Below, piece by piece: positions 15,454-26,269 of a stretch of 64,000 bases of DNA (position 1 is the stretch's first letter; each line of letters opens with the position of its first letter). This stretch comes from the human T2T-CHM13v2.0 reference genome, Homo sapiens. The DNA lies in assembly GCF_009914755.1 (NCBI RefSeq), contig NC_060932.1; one strand, written 5' to 3'. The translations under genes and the position numbers were made by a program. Under the pieces are notes generated by a model. It was not told the DNA's origin. It did no database searches and saw only the letters and a program-made list of their open reading frames with translations.

Positions 15454-18400
15454 ACCTTTTATGCCTATTTTAAAATAAAAACACTTTTTAAAGGGGAGAA
15501 TACTGGAAGAATGAACAACTTGTGATGACTGGAAATCAGAAAAGTCAAGGAGGAATTGGAAGGAGCCCAAGCAGGAGGTAGGGAGAGCTTTCCAGCTTAG
15601 CTGAGGGAACCCCATGTTCAGACCTATTCTTTCCTTCTGATATCCCATTTATGTGGCTCAACTGCCTGTATTCAGCAAATTCACCAAATAATTTGCAGCT
15701 CTCCACTTACATAATAGAAATACAACTCAAGGAGAAGATGCTTGGACAGTTTAATAATAATAATAAAATCTTGATGAGAACAGGTATTTTTTAAAGATAG
15801 AAAAAAGAACCCCAAACCTCTGACTTTGTAATTGGGTTTAGCTAAATGAGACTGGAACCTCAGGAGAAAATTAGAGACAAGCCGGGGATAAAATCAAAAA
15901 CAGCATTTGTGATAAATCTGGTAAACAGCCTCTCTGCATCATTGGGAGGAAAATACACACTAAAAAACCTGTTATGGTTTTAGACATTTTTTAGAAGGTT
16001 ATTTTAATTTAATTAATGAAAAATCATAGGTTAATTGCCTCCAGCTTTAATGTGAGGGTATTATGCATGCAGGCATATTTTATTTATATCTCGACTGTTT
16101 GATGTACACAATCAATTCAAAAAGGGATAATGAAGAGGTGTTCTGTCCTGTGTAGAATAATAATTAGGGACTCTAGTACAGAATATTTTTTATTAATTGT
16201 GCAGCTCAGTAAACATGTTTGACATAATGCTGAGAAATACATTTGTCAAATTTCACCAATATTTTTTCCTGCTCTTTCCTTTTGCTGTTTCTAGCTTTTT
16301 TCAGAATTGTTTTCATACTGACCCCTTTTTGCCTAGCTAGGAGACCTCCAAAGCCCTAACAATTTGATTTAGAGACTTAGGGTCACCTGCTAAGTTAGTT
16401 GCATTATGAAATTCAGGAAATCATATTGGACATCTGGCTGCTCTTCTCAACAAGATTCACCTACATTGTTAGGGAAATGGGAATCTGATTTTTTTTTTCA
16501 TAGATGGGTAGAGACCACATCAGTCTATAATGCAGAATAAATTATGTTAGTGAAATCTCTATGGGCTTTTGATTATTATATAATTTATTGATGTTTTCCA
16601 CACATCATCCCTGGCTTTTAGAAATGTTATTTTCTTTTCTAAGGATTTGGATATGATATATCAAGTCTTTTCCTCCCTGTGAAATACAATCATGGATTCC
16701 TCGTCATCCAAAGTACAAACTATGTATCAAGAATTGCTGAATAAGTTTTACTTTATAACTATTCTGTATTGCTTTGGGCATCAACCACTTTAACAGAACA
16801 TTTTGTTCAATCTTGGGAAGAGATTGCATATTGATTGAAAAAGTACACCATTGTTTTTGCGGGCAATAAGCATGTCTAAAAATTTCTAGAATGTTCTTTC
16901 TTATCAATCTGTATAGCCAGGATCAAATTTCAAGGACTTGGGATATAGTGCCAAAAATATGCATATCTTGGCTCCTTTCCTGCTTTGACACTTGCCTCTT
17001 CTGGAAAACATTTTTTACTTTTCTATTTACCCCCAAATCCATCACCTCACTCAAGTCTTTCCCTGTAGTTAATTTTTCTACATTTTTTTCTCTCTAAGCT
17101 TTCCATACGGGTATCTCAGCAGGTATAGTATATCTTGTTAAAGCCAATTGTTTGTAATTGCCACATGATGTAGAACTTCTGTTGGGCCACCAATGCCCAG
17201 CAATGATTCTTTGGCTTCAAGTAAGTCATACATGTGAGATTTATAGAGAACCATATTGTTCCAAAAATCAAATGTGAATTTCACAGCTCTTTCTCTTAAT
17301 GTCCAGTTCAAATGGAGCCGAGATGAAAGTGACTGTAGTAATCACATTCAAATGTTGTCACCATCTGGTGCCTGTTTGGTGGCCTATGTTATACGAGCAG
17401 GTGGTCCTTGTGTATCCTTGAGTGGCCAGCTGTCCACATCACAAAAGCCACTGTCACATTCAGTGTTAATTGGCATCTTGGTTGTAACGATCTGTGAGAA
17501 GCCAAGGCTGAATAGATCTCAGTATGTTATTCTTCTTTGTCCTGAGAACTCTGGGTCAAGGCTGACAAACATTTTCCCTCTGTCTTCTTGGCCTTATTTC
17601 CTATATGAAAATCTAAAAGGGTCTAGTATAAGCACTATCTATTAAATCAATCTACAGAAAAGCAAATACACATTTTATTAAGCTAGTGATTCTCAATCAA
17701 TGCAAGAGATCCACAAAGGAATCTTCCTCAAGGAGATTTCATCTTCAGGATGTTTCTTCTTCAAGAAACTTCATAGAATTTAGAAAAGTTTGGTTGCCCA
17801 TTTTGATTGCTTTAAAGATGATGTATCTATTGTTAACCTTAAATTTAGTAAAAGTAGCCTTTATAGGTTTATTTATTTATTTTGCCAAGACTGATCTATA
17901 GTTAATGGCTACCAGGAAAATCATGTTGGAAAACAGTCTTATCCTCTATTGCACCATAGAAAATTGCTGATACTTTGACCTACAGAACTAGCAGTTCAAT
18001 ATGGTTCAACTTAATACTTTTGCTTTTCATAGTTTTTAGGTTTTTCAGGAAATATTTATTTTTAAGTGAAATATTTCTACATCATAAATTCTTGGCTACG
18101 GGTCTGGTGTTGAAAGTCAGCTTATCCAGAGAGTCATGGGGGATGACTGCTCCATTGCATTTAGGCTGGTCGTCAGGTACTTTCCATGCATGTTCTAAAG
18201 TGTTCATGTCTTCTGAGTTCAAGTTACTTGCAAAGAATAAAGATTTTTTTCTCGTATGATTTTTAGTTATAATAATAGGCACTACTCAATATCATACACA
18301 TACACAAAAATGTTGACATTTAGAGCCAACTTTCAAAAGCAAGCATTAATCTTTTTATCTTATGCCCATCACATAGGGAGAAAGAAAACATACCCAAGAA

Positions 18401-19707
18401 GTTAAATAATGCTCCAGATGACGTGGAAAAATCTTGTCTTTCATAGTCAATAAATTGGTTTGAAATGTTTGCATCAAAATCACCTGCAGGTTAACTCTAT
18501 CATCACATATCTCTTCATGAAGGCTTCTATGGGCATTCCAGCCCTTGTTTCTCTTTTTTCTTTCTTCATCTTTCTCTAAGTGCCATACAAGGTACTTCTG
18601 ACAATGAACTGTTCTAAATATTTTTTTTTGTTTCATCTGTACATTTCTTATATCTCTATTTATACTACTAGATACTTGGAGTGAGGTGTATATTTCAATT
18701 ATTTTGATTTGTCTGAGAATCTAGCACTGTGCTTGGTAAGTTGGAGGAAGCCATAAACACTACACACTCAGTAAACATTCACTAAGCAGAAGCAAAAGAT
18801 GGGACGGTGAGCTCTGAAAACAAATTAAGTTTTCTAGGTCTGGTTTTAAAATGGAAATGAACAAAATAAGCCATTTGTACATTAAATGTCTTCAAGATAC
18901 TGATCTCTTCATAAAAAGGTTAGGGTTTGGTGTAAATTGAACCATTACCAAGAAAGTAAAACTTAGATTGTCCATCTTTATGCATTCCATTAATTCTAAA
19001 AATTTCATAGTTCTGAATCAGAACTAACTGCATTAACAAATTATGTATGCTGAATTAGTCACATTACTCAAGTCCTGTTTTTTTTTTTCTCTGCAGAATA
19101 TTTGTCACACAGATATTTAAATGGAATCAGGGCTGTATATAACCATGACATAATACTTTGTCAAAAAGTGAAAAGTTAATCTGGTTGGTGAGTAATCATA
19201 TACCTTCTTCCCTACCTCATCTAACAGCGTCTCAAGAAGTAGACTCTAAAATAATAGATCATTATAAAGGAAATAGAATCAGAGTACATTAGTAAAATAT
19301 TGTAAAACCTTAATCATTAGTCTATGCATGATATTTTAACTTCTTTGACAATGAAGCATTCTTTATTATAAAAAAGTGGTTCTATTTCATGTCTGCCAAA
19401 TAATACCAGAAATAAAAATAAAGTATAAGATTTCAATATGAAACAGAATGAATCACAACTGGCATGAGTTAAATAACTAAATTAAGATCAAGTTCCAAAT
19501 TGCCTTATTTGAATCATCATTATAGAGAACTCCTCAAAAAGACAGATTGCTACTCTAGTGGCATGCAAAGAAGAGCACAGAATATGGTATTTTGGCTTTT
19601 TATATTCTTTTCTTCAAGAAGCTCAACCCCTTGTTAGACTGAGCAATGTCTTCTTGCAGTAGCCAGAGGGATGCATTGGCCAAGAGCTTTCCCTCTAGTC
19701 AAAAGAC

Positions 19708-19721
19708 CCACCAGGTGGCAG
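19708..19721 (+). promoter_or_regulatory. Candidate CTCF core motif
   Basis: CCACCAGGTGGCAG fits CCASYAGRKGGCRS at every position. Binding is not shown by sequence alone. Confidence 0.45.
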
Positions 19722-19859
19722 GGATACAACCCAGGACAGCAGCAAAGAAAAGCTGAAGAAAATAATTATGTTAGCAGGCAGTGGTACAGATTGCAGCAGA
19801 AAATAGAAGAGTCTGGGAAGGGAGAGACTGGAAAAATATGATGATATATTAGAAGAAAA

Positions 19860-21010
19860 ATAAGAGTATTGGGGAAATTCTGAGTTCTTAAAATTACTAA
19901 ATGGTTAATGGAAGAAAGACAAGAAATTAATTAGGAACTTCAGGAAAAACAAAAAGCTGCATAAGAAATAAAATTTAATCATATACTATTTGGCTATAGT
20001 CAACAATAATTTTATGGTCATAGTTATGTAACACTGCCTTAAATGTTTGTATTAGTCAGTTTTCACACTGCTGATAAAGATATACCTGAGGCTGGGTAAT
20101 TTATAAAGAAAAAAAGGTTTAATGGACTCAGTTCCATGTGGCTGAAGAGGCCTCACAATCATGGTGGAAGGTGAAAGGCATATCTTACATGGTGGTAGGC
20201 AAAAAGGGAAGGAGAGCCAAGCAAAAGGGGTTTCCTTTTAAAAGCCATCATGAGATTTATGCACTACCAGGAGAACAGTATGGAGGAATTTCCCCCATGA
20301 TTCAATTATCTCTCACTGGGCCCCTCCCACAACATGTGAGAATTATGGGAGCTACAATTCAAGATGAGATTTGGGTGGGGACACAGTCAAATCATATCAA
20401 CGTTCAACTTTTAAGATAAACCTTTTAGGGTGAAATGTGGGCTGCATATTTATGATTGAGAACAGAATGTAAATGTCATACGCTTGTCAATGTAAAATAC
20501 AGATGACAATATTTGGAGGACCAAAGGTGGAGAGTGAGCTACAAGGAAGGGCAAGAGCAAGAACATTCTCATCATACAGAGTGGGGAGTCAAGAGATAAT
20601 GCGTCAATTGATGGGATTAAAAAATAACAATGAAAACATATTGTTCACCATTATAAGTGTAACAAATGGAAAACCTAAAATGAATACTGATATAACTATT
20701 TTAAGTGGATGGTGGGAGGAGGTGAGGAATGGTGTGAGCTAAATCTTCATCCATCACAGCAGAGAGTATATGATTAATGTATAAATTCCCGAATCTATAA
20801 CTAGGTGCATAAGCCTAGTTATAGACTTGTCAGCATAGACATAATCATGGGAAGAAAATATTAAAAATGGCTTCCTCTGTGGATCTATCCTAAATAGAGG
20901 TTGGTAGATAGGCTACTGTTTCTTTTCAGTGTAAGTTCTTCCATATGAGGTGATTTAAAAATCCTGTTTACGTATAGTTTTAGTAAATATTTTTCACAAC
21001 ATTGTTGAAA
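19860..21010 (+). mobile_element. Ancient L1MC/L1ME 3'-region fragments (interrupted by THE1B)
   Basis: A-rich degenerate sequence with old-L1 3' motifs (gtggggagtcaagagata, aaatcttcatccatcacagc). Boundaries approximate. Confidence 0.4.
20048..20399 (-). mobile_element. THE1B-like MaLR solo LTR
   Basis: tgtattagtc...gagatttgggtggggacacagtcaaatcatatca, 352 bp. 5-bp TSD atgtt/acgtt (20043-47, 20400-04). Confidence 0.9.
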
Positions 21011-21376
21011 AAATAAAAAATTCTCATTTAATAAGTATATGGCCATTGTATGCTTATTAGCTTCTGTGTGTAGATATAAATTATTGCAAACTGGCCAGGG
21101 TCAGTTCAGCACCATGTTTTTCCTGGCAAAGCTTTCTGTAGATTCAGACCTGCATTAATCCTTCTTCCCTTTTGTCCTACTTCAACAGGTCATCAGTTTC
21201 AGAAGGGAGGATTTTAAATGGCTTAAAAATAATGTAGTCACATGACTTAAATTCAAAAGGTACAAAAGGAAATACAGTGAAATATGCCTACTATTCATGG
21301 TTCCCATCTATTCAATATTAAATTTCTTGTTATTTTTACAAAGCTTTCCAGAGTTATTTTATGTATACAGAAGTTA

Positions 21377-21378
<2 letters not shown>

Positions 21379-21411
<33 letters not shown>
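21379..21411. repeat. (AC)16 microsatellite
   Basis: Directly visible. Confidence 0.98.
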
Positions 21412-21412
<1 letters not shown>

Positions 21413-21632
21413 TTCTGAAAACCTGTTGGATTGCAAGTTTTTGGATAGTTGGAGCTTATATTATTTTTCAAGTAAAAATAATATATTCCCAGGCAATCAA
21501 AAACTACAGCTCGTTTGTCCAATTGTTGTATATCAAGGATAGCTGCATGAACAACCTAAATATTCAACACTTAGTGAACTCATCATGAGTTCATTACGTT
21601 CATTACGTGCAGTACACAGTGACAACAAAGTT

Positions 21633-21800
21633 TGTGCTTCAAAATGTGTTCTGCATATCAGAAGCATTGAAATCACCCGAGAGCTTGTCAGAAAATGCAG
21701 AATCTCAGACCCAAATTCAAACCTACTCAATCAGAATCTGCATTTTGCTGAGATCCCCTGCTGCTTTGTAGGCACATTAAAGTTAGAGAAGCACTACTCT
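21633..21800. mobile_element. MER5A/B hAT-Charlie MITE
   Basis: agaaaatgcagaatctcagaccc...aatcagaatctgcatttt...aaagttagagaagcact. Confidence 0.8.
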
Positions 21801-23326
21801 ACAGGGGCAGTTATAAATTATACTTTCTTTTTATGAACTCACCTCTCTCAATATGCTTTATCACTTCAAACTTTTCTTCATATGTATAAACATTTCTATA
21901 TCTTTTAGGCTTACATATTTTCTTTTCTGCTTTTAGAAGGTATTTTTACCTGGCATATGGAGAAGATGATGACAATAATGTGGAACTTGATTAGACATCA
22001 ACAGAGACTCAATGCCTCCTGGAAAACACCTGAGAAATGATTGAAGCTCGCTCTGGTCTTGCCTGGAATCATGCATAACATTTGTTGCTGCCTGCATGTG
22101 GATTCATTTTAGCAGTTTATCAATTTGGACAGGGAATTTTGAATAAAAAATTTTGGCAGTCATTATAGTGACTCTTCTGAGACTGAAAATTCAGGTAACA
22201 AGGAAAATCAGTGACTCTTTCTCTCTGCTTTCTTCAAAACACAAATAATCCAATGATGTATAGGCTGCATTGCCCTTTGATTTGTTACCTTAGAGATCAT
22301 TACATGTTAGTACATAAAGAAACTTCCCAATCTTCTTTTATAGCATCCAGGTACTCCAATGTGTAATTCAGCCATAACTTAATAAAATGGACTCTGTTTG
22401 ATAAACATTTGGATTATTTCAAATATTTTACTATTATAAAGAATGTTGAATGAATACCTTTGTACATTTATATTTTCATATGTGTGAAAGTTTGTCTAAG
22501 AAGAGAAGCTATCAGGTTGAATGACATTCCATTTGTAATTTTGACAGCAACTGCTAAATTGTCTACCACAGATATTTAATTTGCCCTCCACATGAAAGGG
22601 ACCTGGTTCCCCCATACCTTTTTCAACAAAAGTGTGTTGCCAAACTTTGGAATTTGTACCATCTGAACTGTGAAAAGATATTTCAGTGTTATTTTAATTT
22701 ACTTTTTTGTTATGAAAAATGTATCCTTTCATATGTTTACAAACCATTTGCTATTCTTGTCCTGTGAACTGTCTATTCTAATTCTTTGCTCATTTTTTAT
22801 TGGGTTATTGGCTTTTTTTATTATTAATTTTTCTTTTTATAGATTTGGACTTAAAATCCATTTTATCTAGTATAAGTATAGCTATCCCTGTTCTCTTTTG
22901 GTCTTCATCTGCATGAAATATTTTTTTCTATTCATTCATGTTCAGTCCATGTGTGTCCTTATGAGTGAATTGAGTATCTTTTAGACAGTATATAGTTGGG
23001 ATTTAAAAAAAAATTCACTTAGCAACTCTATCTAATTTAATTACAGAATTTAATGCATTTACAGTCAAGGTAATTATGGATAGGAGATGACTTACTATTG
23101 CCATTTTCTTACTTGTTTTCTATTTGTTTTAGAGATCATTGTTTTTCCTTTCTTCTTCTCTTACTCTTTTTCTTTTGTGGTTCAGTGATTTTTTTTCTAG
23201 TAGTATATTTGGATTCTCTGCTTTTTATTTTTACTGTGTACATTACAGGTTTTTGCTTTGTGCTTACCATGAGGCTTACAAAAACATCCTATAGTTATAA
23301 TAGGCTGTTTTTAAGCTGATAACAAC

Positions 23327-23769
23327 TGCTATGGTTTGGATATGGTTTGAGTTTTTTTCCCACCCAAACTCCTGTTGAAGTTTAATGCCCAATGTGGCCA
23401 TGTTGACAGGTGGGCCCACTGGGTCTAGCAGGAGGTGTTTTAGTCATTGGGATAGATCCCTCATGAACGGCACAGTGCCATTCTCACCATAGTGAATTAT
23501 TGCTCTGGCAAGACTGGATTAGTTCCAGTGGAAATGGATTAGTTATTGCGAGAGTTGGTTGTTAAAAAGCCAGGATGCTTCTCATTGCACATGTCCACAT
23601 CCCCTTTGACTTTCTCCACCATGTTATGATGCAGCACAAAAGCCCTCACCAGAAGCCAAGGCCATAACCTTGAGCTCCACAGCCTGCTGAACTATGAGCT
23701 AAATAAAACTTTTTTCTTTATAAAAGACCCATCACAGTTATTCTGTTATAGCAACATGAAACTAAGATA
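23327..23769 (+). mobile_element. MSTB-type MaLR solo LTR
   Basis: tgctatggtttggatatgg...gagctaaataaaac...actaagata. Perfect 5-bp TSD acaac (23322-26, 23770-74). Confidence 0.9.
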
Positions 23770-23994
23770 ACAACTTAACTTTGTTTCCAAAAGGATTCTA
23801 CACTTCAACTCCACTTTTCCTCACATTTTGTATTTTTAATATCACAATTTACATCTTTTTATATTCCATATCCCTTAGCAAATTATCAATAATTATTGTT
23901 TTTAATAGTTTTGTCTTTTAATTTTTGTACTAAAGATACAAATGATTTACATAACACCATTACATTATTAAAGTATTCTGAATTTGACTGCATA

Positions 23995-24216
23995 CAGTCA
24001 ACCTTTAGTATCTGCGGTAAATTGGTTCCATAAGCCCCCCGTGGATACCAAAATCCAGGGATGCTCAAGTCCTGGAGTCACGTGGGATGCAGAACCCACG
24101 GATGCAAAACATTGTCCCTCTGTATTGGTGGATTCTGTATTACATGAACACTATATTTTGATCAACAGTTGGTTGAATTTGTGAAGGGGGAATCCACAAA
24201 TACAAAAGACTGACTG
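23995..24216. mobile_element. MER2/MER8-like Tigger-derived MITE
   Basis: ta|cagtcaacc...gtggataccaaaatccagggatgctcaagtcc...gactgactg, with CAGT/ACTG termini after a TA. Confidence 0.75.
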
Positions 24217-25824
24217 CATTTACTTTCATCAGTGAGTTTTCTACTTTCAGATGCTTTCATGTTACTCACTGGTGCCCTTTCTTCAGCTTGAAGTACTTCC
24301 TGTATCATTTCTTGTAAGACATGTCTAGTGGTAATGAACTTCTTCAGTTTTTGTCTGGCTGGGAAAGTCTTTATCTCTGAAGAACAGCTCTGCTAGATAC
24401 AGTATTTTTGGTTGGCAATTTGTTCCTTCGGCACTCTAAAATATCCCACTTTCTCTTGCCCTGTAAGGTCTCTGCTGAGAAATCCTCTGTAGCCTTATAA
24501 GAACTTCCTTATATGTGTTTTTTTTCTCTTGCTACTTTCAGGATCATCTTTTTGTCTTTGATCTTTGATAGTTTGATGAATAATATGTCATAGGGTAATG
24601 TTATTTGGATTGAATCTGATTGGTGACCTTTGACCTTCCTGTACATTGATATCAATGTCTTTCTCTGGATCTGGAAAGTTTTCTGCTATTATTTCTTCAA
24701 TTAAGCTTCCTACCATTTTATCTTTCTCTCCTCCTTCTCAAACACCAATGACTTTTGATGCTGCCCCATAAATCCTGTAAGCTTTCTTCATTTCTTTTCA
24801 CTCTTTTCTCTTTTGACCATATATTTTCACATAGCCCTTCTGAGTTTACATATTCTTTTGCTTGATCAACTCTGCAGTTGATGCTATTTCATTTTTAATT
24901 TTATTCATTATATTATTTTAGCTCGATAATTTGATTTTTAAAATTGTTTCAGTATCTGATGAATTTCTGAATTGTTTCTCTATATTACTGAAGTTCTTTG
25001 AGCTTCCTTAAAACAGCTATTTTGAATTCTTTGTTAGAGAGTTCATATATCTCCACCTCTTTATGATGACATCTTATTTTGCCCAATTGATGATGTCATG
25101 CTTCCTTGAATGTTCTTGATCCTTGTTGTAGGTTAATGAATGCACATTGAAGAAGTAGGCACTTACTCCAGCCTTCGCAGTCTGGCTTTGCCTGGGAATA
25201 TCCTTCAACAGTAAACCTGTCCAGAAATTCTAGGCAGGTCATTTGTTGCGGTGACTGAGCCTGTGCCTGCTGGAGCAATTTCAGCTTTAGAGGGTATCCT
25301 AAGTCCAGGACCATTATGGCTGGTTGCATTGCTCGACTGGAATTCTCTGGCCACTGAAGCTGGCATAGCACTGGTCTGGAAGCCAAGCCCCCAGCTGCCG
25401 AGTTCTGCCTGTCACCGTGGGTTAGTTATTTGGAGCCCAAGGTCACTAAAGTTGGCTGGCATTGATGCGAGCTGGAACTTAAGTTTATTTTGTAGGTACT
25501 ATGGGTTCCCCTCTGGTGCCAGAGCAAGTCTAGAGACTCAGTCCATGTGTACCAGCTTGGAGTCAGGGGCTGTGGGGATCTCGTAGTACTGAGTTTTACT
25601 ATGGTGAGACAGTATTTGAGGCTGGTGCAAAGTCCTACACTTTACTTTCCTCTCTCTTCCGTAAGTGGATGGTACCTCTCTCCATGCTGTGCTGCCTGGA
25701 GTTGGGTAAGGAGTGACATGGGTAATGTTAAATTGTCCTGCCTACCCTCTCCAACATGTCTTTCTCTTTCTCTCCAAGAATTCTCCATATTGATTTGTTG
25801 GAATCCTTTACATTAAGAAAATCA

Positions 25825-26138
25825 GTTTTTTGTTTTTGTTTTTGTTTTTGTTTTTGTTTGAGACAGAGTCTCGCTTTGTCGCCCAGGCTGGAGTGTAGTG
25901 GCATGATCTTGGCTCACTGGAACTTCCACCTCCAGGGTTCAAGTGATTCTCCTGCTCAGCCTCCCGAGTACCTGGGACTACAGGTGCCTGCCACCATGCC
26001 TGGCTAATTTTTGTATTTTTAGTAGAAATGAGGTTTCGCCATATTGGCCAGGCTGGTCTTGAACTCCTGATCTTGTGATCTGCCTGCCTTGGCCTCCCAA
26101 AGTGCTGGGCTTACAGGCGTGAGCCACCATGCCCAGCC
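25825..26138 (-). mobile_element. AluS (AluSg-like) with (TTTTTG)n tail
   Basis: Full dimeric Alu. Flanking repeat agaaaatca at 25816-24 and 26139-47. Confidence 0.95.
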
Positions 26139-26211
26139 AGAAAATCAACATTTTAAGTGTCATATAAGTTATGCTTTTTTCCAGTTTGGTGTTTAACTTT
26201 TGACTTTACTT

Positions 26212-26218
<7 letters not shown>

Positions 26219-26269
<51 letters not shown>
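26219..26269. repeat. Compound (TA)n(CA)n microsatellite
   Basis: Directly visible. Confidence 0.97.

Larger units (their letters stand above)
22270..25800 (-). mobile_element. Old L1M elements: L1ME 3' piece (~22270-22840) and L1MA/MB 5'UTR-ORF1-ORF2 start (~22845-25800), interrupted by MSTB and a MER2/8-like MITE
   Basis: Antisense L1 motifs (ataagtatagctatccctgttctcttttgg, gggaaagtctttatctct, aaggtctctgctgagaaatcc, gagcttccttaaaacagctattttgaattct). Confidence 0.7.

Noticed and set aside
25756-26163. ORFs over Alu (also 30912, 42832, 56010) and LTR/L1-antisense ORFs elsewhere
   Set aside because: Standard spurious translations of repeat sequence.
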